Below are positions 31,050 through 41,288 of a stretch of DNA of 64,000 bases, piece by piece; the stretch's first letter is position 1; each line of letters begins with the position of its first letter. The stretch comes from an uncultured Eubacteriales bacterium. Lineage in GTDB: Bacteria > Bacillota > JAAYKD01. Under the pieces are notes generated by a model. The model saw only the letters and a program-made list of their open reading frames with translations. It was not told the origin of the DNA and did not search any database. The DNA lies in the NCBI GenBank assembly GCA_964425745.1, contig CAYRNW010000004.1, forward strand, positions 67,833-131,832, written 5' to 3'. Position numbers and translations under genes: made by a program.

Positions 31050-31782
31050 ATTCTTCCGGTGCTTCCCCTTTGCGAGCGGCTGCAATGACTGCAAAGTACG
31101 GTTGCAGTTGATCTCTGCGAACTTGAAGCTTTTGTAAATAGGCATCGGCTAAGGCTTTTTGAAAAGCCTTCAAAGCTTCCGGGTCCGGCACTGGTTCGGG
31201 CACTTGGCTGTATTGGATTAAGAAAACGGTGCGAGCAATGTCGTAAAGCGCTGGTCCTTTGCAGACATTCATAAAGTCGAGTACCACACTTTTGTCTTCG
31301 TGAATCATGATATTACCAGGGTGAAAATCGCCATGACAGAGTTGCTTGCCTTCGGGCAAATCCTTCAATTGATGCAGGGCTACTTCACGTTCGGTTTGGC
31401 TCAAAGCTGTCGCTTTTTCAATGCCCCAACGCAAGAACCCTTTGTACGACGGTAGCTCATCCAGCTGATTTTGCATGATCAATGGATGGAGCTCTGCTAA
31501 CCTTGCAGCACACCCTTCTGCATCTAGGGTTCTCAGCACCCACTCTAAGAGCGATTCTCCCAAGACGTGGTCATAGACAATACCATAGCGATGTTGCCAA
31601 GAGATCATTTCATAGGCTTTCGGCTTAGGAAAGTTCAGGGTATTTAGCAGCTGGCCTAACCGAAATTCCTTTTCCACAGCACTTTGCGGGTAACCCGGAA
31701 TAAAGAGTTTCAGCACTTTCCCTGCTTCCCAGGTATAGACTTCTGCGGTTCTACCGATACCGATTATTTTATGCTCAGTCAT
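31048..31782 (-). CDS. aminoglycoside-phosphotransferase (APH)-family kinase
   Basis: 'HGDFHPGNIMI' catalytic loop. Confidence 0.7.
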   Translation of the reverse strand: MTEHKIIGIGRTAEVYTWEAGKVLKLFIPGYPQSAVEKEFRLGQLLNTLNFPKPKAYEMISWQHRYGIVYDHVLGESLLEWVLRTLDAEGCAARLAELHPLIMQNQLDELPSYKGFLRWGIEKATALSQTEREVALHQLKDLPEGKQLCHGDFHPGNIMIHEDKSVVLDFMNVCKGPALYDIARTVFLIQYSQVPEPVPDPEALKAFQKALADAYLQKLQVRRDQLQPYFAVIAAARKGEAPEE

Positions 31783-31790
31783 ACGATCGC

Positions 31791-32783
31791 CTACCCTAAT
31801 ACTTCGTCTAAAAGCGCTTCACCCTTGGCAAAGCGGACTGCATTTTCTACCACTTCCACCAATTCTTTGCGCTTGCCTTCAAAGCTCATATCGGCCGCAT
31901 GGGGTGTAATCACTACATTCTCTAACGAGAACAGCTCTTTGATCAGGGGGTTCTCTAAGCCCCCGGTGGTGCGCACTTCCACTTCGTGCTCCACCACATC
32001 AATGCCGGCGCCCCAAATCCATCCTTCTTTCAACGCAGTGACTAAATCCTGGTCTACCACTACTTTGCCGCGGGAAATATTAATATAAATCGCGGTCGGT
32101 TTCATCATTTTGAACTTTTCGGCATTCATAAACCCTGTGGTCTCTGCCGTAAGTGGGGTGTTGGTGGTTACGAAATCGGCTGTGCGTAGCAGGGTTTCTA
32201 AATCGACAAAGGTGGCGTTGCATTCTTTCTCGAAGGCGGGGTTGGGTTTGCGGTTGTGGTAGATCACCTTCATATTAAAACCAGCTGCCTTGCGAGCAAT
32301 ATCTTGGCCAATGCTACCTGCACCAATAATGCCGAGCGTCGCACCGGTCAGATCCATGCCTAAACGACCGCCGTCGCCATGTTGCCATTGCCCAGTTTTA
32401 GCGCGGGTGTTGCGAGCTGGTATCATTTTTGCCACCGCCAACATGAGGGCTAAAGCGTGCTCGGAACAGACATCGCGTTTGGCCCAAGCGTTATTGGAAA
32501 AACGGATTCCTTTGGCGCGGGCATGAGCAACATCGAAGCCGTCGTAACCTGCCGAAGTGCTGGAAATGTATTTGAGGGTGGTCAATTGATCGACGACTTG
32601 TTTGTTGAAACGGGCAGTTCCACAAATAGCGACATCGACTCCATTGAGCCAGGAAACCAATTCATTGCCGGTGGGCAGCGCGTGCAGTTCGTCAACTTCG
32701 TTGCAAACAACATCGTAGTAGGGTTCCAGTTGATCTAAATACTCGCGGTCCAGTTGTTTTTCAATATAGAGTTTCATTTTCAT
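31791..32783 (-). CDS. D-isomer-specific 2-hydroxyacid dehydrogenase
   Basis: NAD-binding 'GIIGAGSIGQ' and catalytic R/E/H pattern. Confidence 0.8.
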   Translation of the reverse strand: MKMKLYIEKQLDREYLDQLEPYYDVVCNEVDELHALPTGNELVSWLNGVDVAICGTARFNKQVVDQLTTLKYISSTSAGYDGFDVAHARAKGIRFSNNAWAKRDVCSEHALALMLAVAKMIPARNTRAKTGQWQHGDGGRLGMDLTGATLGIIGAGSIGQDIARKAAGFNMKVIYHNRKPNPAFEKECNATFVDLETLLRTADFVTTNTPLTAETTGFMNAEKFKMMKPTAIYINISRGKVVVDQDLVTALKEGWIWGAGIDVVEHEVEVRTTGGLENPLIKELFSLENVVITPHAADMSFEGKRKELVEVVENAVRFAKGEALLDEVLG

Positions 32784-32906
32784 AAGAATACCCTCCCTGT
32801 TTGAATATTGTTAATTTCAACTTGAAGGACCAATTTCCTTCTGTGTACAAAGGAAAAGCTTCCCAAAATTAGGAAGCTTTGTTGTTGAACGCTTACAGGA
32901 CAAAAT

Positions 32907-34775
32907 TTATCTGGAATTCCAATTTTCTAGTACTGTATAAGCGAAGGAGGTTGAAATACTGAGCCAACATTCAGTAACACTAACGTCGGTCCAGGTGGGT
33001 TTGGCCATGGCGATAAGAGCATTGGCGCGGTTGATGTATTTACCCAAATCATAAAAGCTCTGGCCCTTGTATTCCGGATCCCAAATGGCATTGATTTGAT
33101 TATAGATCTCTTGAGAAATCGCCAATTGCTTCTTCAAATCGGTGAGATCGACACGCTCCTGCATATTTCCGGCTGTATAAATACGTGTGTTGGCAAAACC
33201 CGGATCGTTCAACTCATTATAATCGTTCTTGATTCCGTTGTAGGGATCATGAGAAGTTAAAAACGTATACCCCACCGCAGCAATATCTTTGCCACTGCTT
33301 TCCATGAGTCCGTACATTGAAGTCCCTGCAGCATCATGTTGGAAATACCAAATCGCTTCGCCCCCTGCAAAATAGACCTGATGCACATAGTTCAAGATTT
33401 TTACACCAGAAGAATTGATCACACTTTTACTATCCCACGGGGAATCCGATTCCAGCACTATGAAATAAAGTGAGGTATCGGTATAAACGGTTTCAATTCC
33501 ATAATAGCCGCCTCTTCTTACGATTTCCACGTTCTTACTGTTGACCACACCTTCCATAACCGGATAGGTGGCGTTTTCAACAAGGAAGAATCCGTAGCCC
33601 AAAGGTACAATTTTGCCATAGAGGTTACCATAGGCACTGCGGAATGCAGCTTCGTCAGCAGCGTCGGCAGCGGTAAGATTCTTGGTTTCTACCCAATCAT
33701 CTTTGTAATCCCAGTAGCCGTTATGTCTGGCAAGCACATCTTCCGGGAGAGTAATATATTCATTGGTCGGCCAGAACCTGACCCGTCCGTCTCCACCAAA
33801 AACAGCATTGAGATTATCGGCTTTCTCCCAGACGACCTTACCGGTCGTATCGATAAGCAGGGTATAGATTACACCATTTCTCATTTCATGAACACAAGCA
33901 ACGCCATACTTGAAGGCCGAGACATTGAAATACTTCTCCGGAATGATCATATTTCCAGCCGGATCAATGTATCCGTATTTGGTTTCATTATTATAGTAAC
34001 TAGAACTGGCTTCTTCTTCGGTAGCGGTTGTAACCGGCATGAGACCATTACTAAATCGTAATGTGCTCAGCACATCAAAATCAGCTCTGTAATTGGTCCT
34101 TAATACCGGTTTCATGGCGTCGTTCAATAGTGTCATAACATAATCCCAAGATTCCACGCTCTTGGCACTCAAGCCAATAAAATAACCTTCTCCGGCAGGA
34201 TAAATGATATTATCAAAATCATCGGTGTAATTAGGAGTCACCCAAACCGGAGTTTTCAAAGGAGCAACATAGGAAATGCTGGTATCTATACCGATGGTGG
34301 CAGAAGCCGCATCCCAGGTGACCCCAATGTCAAAGGTTTGACAAAGATCTCTCAATTTGAAAAAATTGTTATCATTAATGGTAAAAGCTCCCAAAATGAT
34401 GCGCTTACCGTCTTTATAAATCGATGAGGAGTTGAAAAAGGCTGTTTTCTGAGCTCCGTCACCCATAACCAACTCCGTTCCGGTTGCGACATAGCTTTTA
34501 CCGGAAAGTAAATTGATTGCCCCCACAGAACCGTCCCATGTGACATTGAATTGCTTACTGCTTTCATTAACCACTTTAGCTATATCTCTTAGCTTAAAGT
34601 AATTGAAGCCGTCAATGTTGTAGGCCTCGAAATTGGTCAGTTCGCCATCGACTAAAACCCTAGATTTGTTGGAATTCACAGAAAAACTGGACCGTACTTC
34701 GGCTGCCACTGCAAGCCCTGAAATTACGATCAGAACTAAAAGTATAAGGAATCCATTGACCCGCCATTTTCGCAT
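32907..34775 (-). CDS. secreted protein with two copper-amine-oxidase-N-like domains and WG-type repeats
   Basis: Signal peptide. Repeated 'FNYFKLRDIAKVV' and 'NNFFKLRDLCQTF' motifs. Confidence 0.45.
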   Translation of the reverse strand: MRKWRVNGFLILLVLIVISGLAVAAEVRSSFSVNSNKSRVLVDGELTNFEAYNIDGFNYFKLRDIAKVVNESSKQFNVTWDGSVGAINLLSGKSYVATGTELVMGDGAQKTAFFNSSSIYKDGKRIILGAFTINDNNFFKLRDLCQTFDIGVTWDAASATIGIDTSISYVAPLKTPVWVTPNYTDDFDNIIYPAGEGYFIGLSAKSVESWDYVMTLLNDAMKPVLRTNYRADFDVLSTLRFSNGLMPVTTATEEEASSSYYNNETKYGYIDPAGNMIIPEKYFNVSAFKYGVACVHEMRNGVIYTLLIDTTGKVVWEKADNLNAVFGGDGRVRFWPTNEYITLPEDVLARHNGYWDYKDDWVETKNLTAADAADEAAFRSAYGNLYGKIVPLGYGFFLVENATYPVMEGVVNSKNVEIVRRGGYYGIETVYTDTSLYFIVLESDSPWDSKSVINSSGVKILNYVHQVYFAGGEAIWYFQHDAAGTSMYGLMESSGKDIAAVGYTFLTSHDPYNGIKNDYNELNDPGFANTRIYTAGNMQERVDLTDLKKQLAISQEIYNQINAIWDPEYKGQSFYDLGKYINRANALIAMAKPTWTDVSVTECWLSISTSFAYTVLENWNSR

Positions 34776-34845
34776 GCTGTAATCCTCCTCTATATCATTA
34801 CAGCTCTATTCCTGTTCGGGGTTTGGATTCCTTTATTCTACTTGA

Positions 34846-36963
34846 TTATTTTTTCCAATTTCGTAACATTTTTAGGGCATCTTCTTCGCTTAAACTTTTG
34901 GCAAAGTAAAAACCCTGCACCTGGTCACACCCATGCTCGATCAGATAATTGAGTTGCAACTCATCTTCTACCCCTTCTGCTACCACGCAGTGCCCCATTT
35001 TGTGAGCCATGGAAATGATATCTCCTAAAATCACTTTTTCCGGAGCAAGCTCACGAAGCTTCCAAACAAAGGCTTTATCAATCTTCAAGCTGTTGATATT
35101 CAGATCCTGTTCGCGAGCCAAGGAGGAATAGCCGGTGCCAAAATCATCGATGGCGATTTGAAAACCATAATCCATGAGCGATTTCAGGATTCGATTCACC
35201 TCTTGATGACTGGAAATATAAATGGATTCCGTAATTTCCAAGCCAATTTGTTGAGGAGATACCTGCATTTTTTTAACCAGGGTCGTAAGACTAACGTAAA
35301 AATCCGGTTTTAACAATTGTGTTGCAGAAAGATTAACCGCGACTTGAATTTCCTTTTCACCCAAATCCTCAAGCTTTTTTAGAAAAGTAAAGGCTTTGAG
35401 CAGAATATTTTGGCCAAGTTCGGTCATCAGTTTTGCTTTTTCAGCGACTGGGATAAACTCAACAGGAGAAATCCGACCTAAGGCTTCGGTCCGAATTCTG
35501 GCAAGAGCTTCAAAGCCACTGATCTTCCGGGTTTTCAGATCAATAATTGGCTGATACTCTAAATAGAAACTGCTACAATCGATATCTGCTGCAATACAGG
35601 ACAACTCCTGTTTGATTTTTTCTTCTCGATTGATTTCTGCTTCCATTGCAGCATCAAAAACACAGCAGGCAACGCCTTTATCATGAATGGTCAATGCCTT
35701 CTCCGATGCAATCAGCAATTTTTTCAATAATTGATTCACATCTTGCTCGTTAGCTGGGTCGATTTCTAAGATGCCAAGACCCCCATTCAAACGTTCCGCC
35801 ACCAACATTGGTTCCAGCAAAGCGATGATCGCATCACGGAGGATTTGAATCTCTGCTTCTGCCTCTTCACTACCATTGAACAAATAGAAGACAAACCGAG
35901 TTTCATGAGTGCTAAATAACAAACGATTCTTTGAGCTAAGAAAACGCAAGGTATCGGCAATCTGTTTCATCAGTTCTTGCGTATAATGAAAGCCATAGGT
36001 CGTGGTCAGTATTTGTATGGAGCTGAGGTTTATGCTAAACAAAGCTCGCTTCCCCTGCGGTGGAAGCAATCTGTGTTGAGACAACAATTTTTCCAAGGAA
36101 GAGCGGTTCAGTAATCCGGTCCAACGGTCATGCTCAGCATCATATTTCAAGCGATTCTCCATTTGTTTGCGATCGGTGATATCGATAATAATCCCTTCCA
36201 GCGTATCATACTCGCCTTGGGAATTTCGAATCCCTTCTCCCAGCTCCAAGACCCATTTGCGTTTTCCGCTCGCTGTTATAATTTCATACTCATACGAAAA
36301 GGAAAGATTGTGTGCAAAAACGCGCTCCCACTCGCGGCGAAGCAGCTCACGATATTCCGGGGCAATCAACTCATTGAAGCTAAGATCCTTATTATCTAAT
36401 AATCGTTCTGCCGCGTAACCGGTCAAATTGAAACAGCCTTCTGAAACATACTTCATTGTCCAATTGTCATCATTTAAACACCGATACGCAAGTCCCGGTA
36501 AATGAGCCAACAAGACGGCCTTGCCTCGTTCACTTTCAACCAAAGCACTTTCCATGATTTTGCGGTCGGTAATGTCTTGAATCAAACTGACATGATTATA
36601 TTGAAACCTTTCGCCAAGAATTAGGCGTGTTACCGTCATATGAACCCAAACAATCGAGCCATCCGGTCGAATAAACCGTTTCTCCATGGCGTAGTTGTCG
36701 ATCTCTTCGGCTAAGAAGCGTGTGTAGTAGCGCAAATTCTCTGCAATATCATCGGGGTGTGTAATGCTTGCCCAGCCAACTCGACGAAGTTCTTCTTTAC
36801 TTCTGCCTGTGATTTTTTCGTACATAGGGTTGATACGGAAGGTTTCAGCTTCTTCTGCTGTTTGGGCTTCCGAATTAAAAGAAATGGCAATCCCTATGGG
36901 TGATTGTTGAAAAATCGCATCATAAATATTGATCTGCCGGAGCAATCGCTCTTGATTCAGCAT
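34846..36963 (-). CDS. PAS-PAS-(degenerate GGDEF)-EAL signalling protein (c-di-GMP phosphodiesterase)
   Basis: EAL motifs 'FEALARI' and 'DDFGTGYSSL', with upstream PAS-like segments. Confidence 0.75.
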   Translation of the reverse strand: MLNQERLLRQINIYDAIFQQSPIGIAISFNSEAQTAEEAETFRINPMYEKITGRSKEELRRVGWASITHPDDIAENLRYYTRFLAEEIDNYAMEKRFIRPDGSIVWVHMTVTRLILGERFQYNHVSLIQDITDRKIMESALVESERGKAVLLAHLPGLAYRCLNDDNWTMKYVSEGCFNLTGYAAERLLDNKDLSFNELIAPEYRELLRREWERVFAHNLSFSYEYEIITASGKRKWVLELGEGIRNSQGEYDTLEGIIIDITDRKQMENRLKYDAEHDRWTGLLNRSSLEKLLSQHRLLPPQGKRALFSINLSSIQILTTTYGFHYTQELMKQIADTLRFLSSKNRLLFSTHETRFVFYLFNGSEEAEAEIQILRDAIIALLEPMLVAERLNGGLGILEIDPANEQDVNQLLKKLLIASEKALTIHDKGVACCVFDAAMEAEINREEKIKQELSCIAADIDCSSFYLEYQPIIDLKTRKISGFEALARIRTEALGRISPVEFIPVAEKAKLMTELGQNILLKAFTFLKKLEDLGEKEIQVAVNLSATQLLKPDFYVSLTTLVKKMQVSPQQIGLEITESIYISSHQEVNRILKSLMDYGFQIAIDDFGTGYSSLAREQDLNINSLKIDKAFVWKLRELAPEKVILGDIISMAHKMGHCVVAEGVEDELQLNYLIEHGCDQVQGFYFAKSLSEEDALKMLRNWKK

Positions 36964-37073
36964 AAAATGCCTCCGTTCCGAAGATAAATCGGCACAAGGA
37001 ACGCTATTACCTTTCTATTATTTTCTGCCAAAATCCTGCAGAAAAAAAACAGAGTCTCAAGAACACATCATTC

Positions 37074-38375
37074 CTAGATGCAGTAAGCCGCATATAATGG
37101 TATCGATCTCAGTCCATCTTCTTCTCCGAAATTTTTCAGAGAGAGCCGAATGGTATAAGCGGGATGATACGCACCCCGAAACACAGATAGACTTCTGGAA
37201 CGAACGTGCTCGCCTTTTTTAACTTCAATCCCGATGATTTGATTCCCCTTTTGTAACACAAAGTCCACCTCGGCTTGGCTGTTACTCTCCCAATAGTAAA
37301 GAGGATACCCACTGGCAGCGAACTGTTGGGCAACATAGTTTTCGGTTACTGCTCCCATAAAGGTGTTCCCTTCACCAAGGAGGATGGTTTGCTGTGACAT
37401 TCCCGACATTGCTACCAACAAACCCGTGTCACCCATGTAAAGTTTAAAAGCAGATAACTCAGCGTACACCGAAATTGGTTCTACCGCTTGATTAATCTTT
37501 TGGCATTTCAGAACAATTCCGGCAAGATGGAGCCATTCGATGGAAGAACCAAAAAGTGCCGTACTGCCTCCCTTTTGGATGACCTTGTACTGAAACTTTT
37601 TGTTTTCTTTTGCCAATTGAGCAGGGATAGACTGGTAGCAAGCTCTGATTTTTACGGTATCGGTAGGGCTTGAATACTTCGCCATATCTGCAACATAATT
37701 GTCTAAAATTTCGTTCTGAACTAAGGAGATGTCTATGAAACTCTTTTCTCTTAAGAATGCATTAATACTGGCAGGCATACCGCCAACAATTACGTATTCT
37801 CTGTATAATTCGATTGCCTTCTGATGTAAGGCTTCCGGAAGTTTGCTCAACTGTTGAAAAGCATTTCTGATTTCTTCTTCCAAGAAGCTTTCCCCACGTG
37901 CCCAAAGATATTCCTCAAAATCAAGGGCATGGAGAACCAGTGTTTCAACTTTGCCAACCGGAAAAGAATAGTGTTGCCGGTTGATAGCGACCCCAAGTAA
38001 ACTTCCTGCAGCCGCAATGTGATATTGAGGTGTTTCCTCACAAAAGTATTTAAGCGAAGTCAGTGCTCGTTCGCAGGATTGGATTTCATCTAAGATTACC
38101 AGGGTCTCTCCGGGGATAATCTTTTCTCCAAAAGAAGATTCCAGATACCGCAGAATTCTTTCAGGTGTGATATTGTTGTCAAAGTAAGACGCGATGTTGA
38201 GATTTGTTTCTAAATTCACATAGACAACGTTGCTGAAATGTGCATTGCCAAAGTCTCTTAAAATATAGGTCTTTCCAACCTGTCTGGCTCCATTGATGAG
38301 AAGGGGTTTTCTGTCAATTGCTTTATTCTTCCAAGCAAGCAACGAGCTCTCGATTTTTCGTTTCATTCTATTCAC
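37074..38375 (-). CDS. AAA-family ATPase with DUF4143 (AAA_14 type)
   Basis: Walker A 'GARQVGKT'. 433 aa. Paralogous in architecture to the 60395-61582 product. Confidence 0.7.
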   Translation of the reverse strand: MNRMKRKIESSLLAWKNKAIDRKPLLINGARQVGKTYILRDFGNAHFSNVVYVNLETNLNIASYFDNNITPERILRYLESSFGEKIIPGETLVILDEIQSCERALTSLKYFCEETPQYHIAAAGSLLGVAINRQHYSFPVGKVETLVLHALDFEEYLWARGESFLEEEIRNAFQQLSKLPEALHQKAIELYREYVIVGGMPASINAFLREKSFIDISLVQNEILDNYVADMAKYSSPTDTVKIRACYQSIPAQLAKENKKFQYKVIQKGGSTALFGSSIEWLHLAGIVLKCQKINQAVEPISVYAELSAFKLYMGDTGLLVAMSGMSQQTILLGEGNTFMGAVTENYVAQQFAASGYPLYYWESNSQAEVDFVLQKGNQIIGIEVKKGEHVRSRSLSVFRGAYHPAYTIRLSLKNFGEEDGLRSIPLYAAYCI

Positions 38376-38493
38376 CTCACGCCACTATAATATATGAAAA
38401 TGACAGTTAAGTCAAGAAAAGTACGAATTTAACATACTTTTTTGGACTTAACTGTCATTCGTGTTGGGGCTCACCGTTTCCCAAGGACTACCC

Positions 38494-39246
38494 CTAAATC
38501 TCTAAAAACAGTTTCAGCATGAAAGAAATCAAGAATGTCACCAACATCATAGAAAAACTTTTCAACCCATACCAGTTATTCTTTGCTTTCTGAATCTTCC
38601 AATCTACCGCTTGATAACGTGTCAGATAATTCGTGGGCTCAAGTGTTGCTAAAAACGCTTTTTGGGGCTGCACGTTTAGGATCCTTTGAAACAGATCCAC
38701 AAAAAAACTGACCAATAACCCTATTAGAAAAAAGTAGTCCTTAGAAGATTTTTTGAAACTGGGGATACTATACATAATATAGGCGGCCACAAGGATGACG
38801 GCAACCTCGAAAAGAATCGGCAAGTAGAAGTTAGACCGGGCTGTTTTAATGGGAGCATAGTTGAGATTGTTTCTCCAAAACCAGTCATCCATAGCATTCT
38901 TATCTTCCGTAACAAAGATGTGGAAAACAACATCTTTCTCAAACCAATTTTTATTCATAGAAGTAACCAACTTCCAGCCAGCGCGTTCCAAGGTTCCTTG
39001 AAGAGATGCATCCAACTGTGTCGGACCTAGAAGAAGGCGATACGTCAGCTCTTTCGACATCGATTTTTCATAGGTAAACGAATAATTGTTAGCAGAAATC
39101 TGTTTCAGTTCAAAACCCTCTTTGGCCTGATCCGCTAAGAAAGACTCCAATTCCCGAACATAAAAAGGGCTAAACGGAACAGGTCTCGAGACTTCGTTCT
39201 CGTTTTTTGGCACAACTCGCTCGGTTCGAATAAACAACTCTGCCAT
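38494..39246 (-). CDS. hypothetical membrane protein (possibly DUF2812-like)
   Basis: Soluble N-terminal domain followed by C-terminal TM helices. Confidence 0.35.
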   Translation of the reverse strand: MAELFIRTERVVPKNENEVSRPVPFSPFYVRELESFLADQAKEGFELKQISANNYSFTYEKSMSKELTYRLLLGPTQLDASLQGTLERAGWKLVTSMNKNWFEKDVVFHIFVTEDKNAMDDWFWRNNLNYAPIKTARSNFYLPILFEVAVILVAAYIMYSIPSFKKSSKDYFFLIGLLVSFFVDLFQRILNVQPQKAFLATLEPTNYLTRYQAVDWKIQKAKNNWYGLKSFSMMLVTFLISFMLKLFLEI

Positions 39247-39357
39247 GGAGATTCACCGCCCTAACGTTTTTGGATACTCGATTTTGTGTTTGCACTTTAT
39301 TTCACCGAAAGAGTGGTAAACTCCTCTGTTTTTCCTCAAATTGCTTCTGTTAAAATC

Positions 39358-40083
39358 TTACCTCGAAACAATCTCTTCAATCTTCCCGTCTTTCAGCTTC
39401 ACCACGCGGTCGGCAATCTCTGCCACTTCTGGGTTGTGGGATGCCACAATGACCGTAACCCCTTGTTGGTTCAACTTGCGCATGAGGTCCAGTACCATGG
39501 TGTGGTTGGCACTATCGAGGTTTCCGGTAGGCTCATCTGCCAATAACAACGAGGGCTGATTCATCATAGCTCTGGCGATGGCCACACGCTGTTCTTGCCC
39601 CCCCGATAATTCTCCCGGGAAATGATGCATACGATCTGCCAAATCCACCTGGCGTAGTAACTCCTCTGCACGCTCCTGCACTTCTTTTGGAGGCTTGAGC
39701 TTAGTCACATATTTTGCCGGTTGCATTACATTCTCCAAAGCGGTTTTGTCTTCAAGTAAGTTATAGTCTTGAAAGATGAAGCCGATCTTTTCAGCCCGAA
39801 AAGCAGATAGCTTTTTGTCGTTCGTGCTCGACAAGTAGCCCAAGCTTTCGGTCCCTGCCAGCATTTCATCTTCAAAGCGGTAGCTCCCCTCCTCGGGTTG
39901 TAGAAGCGTCCCCAACAAGTAAAGGAAGGTTGACTTACCGCTACCAGAGGGCCCCCACAGAGTAATCCATTCGCCACGGCGAACTTCTAAATTTGCCTGA
40001 TCGAGTGCACGAATTTCTACCTCGCGCTTATGATAAATCTTACTCATATCTTTGACTGTCAGTAATGGACGATATCCTTCCAT
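39358..40083 (-). CDS. ABC transporter ATP-binding protein (MacB/LolD/FtsE type), copy 1
   Basis: Walker A 'GPSGSGKST', signature 'LSGGQQQR', Walker B 'LLLADEPT'. Confidence 0.9.
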   Translation of the reverse strand: MEGYRPLLTVKDMSKIYHKREVEIRALDQANLEVRRGEWITLWGPSGSGKSTFLYLLGTLLQPEEGSYRFEDEMLAGTESLGYLSSTNDKKLSAFRAEKIGFIFQDYNLLEDKTALENVMQPAKYVTKLKPPKEVQERAEELLRQVDLADRMHHFPGELSGGQEQRVAIARAMMNQPSLLLADEPTGNLDSANHTMVLDLMRKLNQQGVTVIVASHNPEVAEIADRVVKLKDGKIEEIVSR

Positions 40084-40102
40084 GGTTTTCTACTCCTTTC
40101 CC

Positions 40103-41269
40103 TTACCGTTTCAACTCGGCTATAGCTTGTTCAAGTATATTTAACATGACGACATTGTCTTCTTTATTGCCCAGGGTCAAACGGCAAATCCATTCGTTGA
40201 TCATGATTCCTTGTTCATCGAACAAGAAGAAACTATTCAACCTCACATCTCGATCATCTGCTTCTACCAACATGGGGTGAATAGTAGGACCTAGATTGAA
40301 TCTCCGCACCATTTCATAGGATTGATCTTCGTAAATCAGTAAATCTGGATACTTCTGTCGCAAACTCTCTGTTTCTTTCAAATATACATTTATTTGAATC
40401 TCATAGAAATTACGATAATACCACTCGATTTTTGTCTCCGCGTCCTCACGGTGCGCCAGTTCTTGTTGTATGATTGGGTACCTTGTATGCGCATCGGTAG
40501 TTGGTAGAACAACCACCACTTGTATCTGATCTTCTAAAGTATCGAGCAAAGTATATAATTGCAAGTTGGAGTTTCCAATTGTCCAAAGAATCAACAAGGT
40601 GGGTTTGGTTATTTTCAGTACTTCTTTTTCTTGTGTTTCCGACCGAACTAAGCAAAGCTCATGCAAAGGCTTACCGATTTGCACCGGTATTAGTGTTTCT
40701 TCTGCCGTGACTAAATAGGAATAAACATCTTCATACTGCCCAACTGCATAATAGAAATACTGCCTTTGAATCACCCCGTCTTCCAACAACCAAATCATAG
40801 GGTGAAAGTTTTTTATAATGTTCAGATAATCTTGCTTAAATCCCAGTTTCATTAAATCACTCAGCTGCATTTTGACCAGTGCGCAATTGGCAGGTAAATC
40901 CATCACCTCATAGAAAGGCAAACCGCGATTTACAGCCAATCCGGCAATCAATAGCGTAACGGGAGCAACCTCGGCAAGCTGCAATAATTCTTCCATAAAC
41001 AATTCTTCGTATAAGGTATCGCTGCCCGATGTCAAGATAACGAAGCCATCCTGTATTCCTGAAACGGGAAACATATCTCCTGGCTGCGTTTGAATGTATT
41101 CACGTTGTTTTGTTACTTCTTCTTCTGAAAAAGGTTTTAACACACTCCATAGCTTGGGAGCGTCTTGAGAAATAACAGGTTCTTTTTTTTGCGGTTGACA
41201 TCCGCTGAGTAAAACAAGGAGAAACACTAAAAACATAACGCTTATTTTCACCAAGAACGACCGTTTCAT
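40103..41269 (-). CDS. lipoprotein of an uncharacterised family ('family A'), copy 1
   Basis: Lipobox 'LLSGC'. Paralogs at 47731-48900 and 53765-54931, and a distant one at 51505-52578. Confidence 0.55.
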   Translation of the reverse strand: MKRSFLVKISVMFLVFLLVLLSGCQPQKKEPVISQDAPKLWSVLKPFSEEEVTKQREYIQTQPGDMFPVSGIQDGFVILTSGSDTLYEELFMEELLQLAEVAPVTLLIAGLAVNRGLPFYEVMDLPANCALVKMQLSDLMKLGFKQDYLNIIKNFHPMIWLLEDGVIQRQYFYYAVGQYEDVYSYLVTAEETLIPVQIGKPLHELCLVRSETQEKEVLKITKPTLLILWTIGNSNLQLYTLLDTLEDQIQVVVVLPTTDAHTRYPIIQQELAHREDAETKIEWYYRNFYEIQINVYLKETESLRQKYPDLLIYEDQSYEMVRRFNLGPTIHPMLVEADDRDVRLNSFFLFDEQGIMINEWICRLTLGNKEDNVVMLNILEQAIAELKR

Positions 41270-41288
41270 AGGTTCTGACCTCCCTTCC

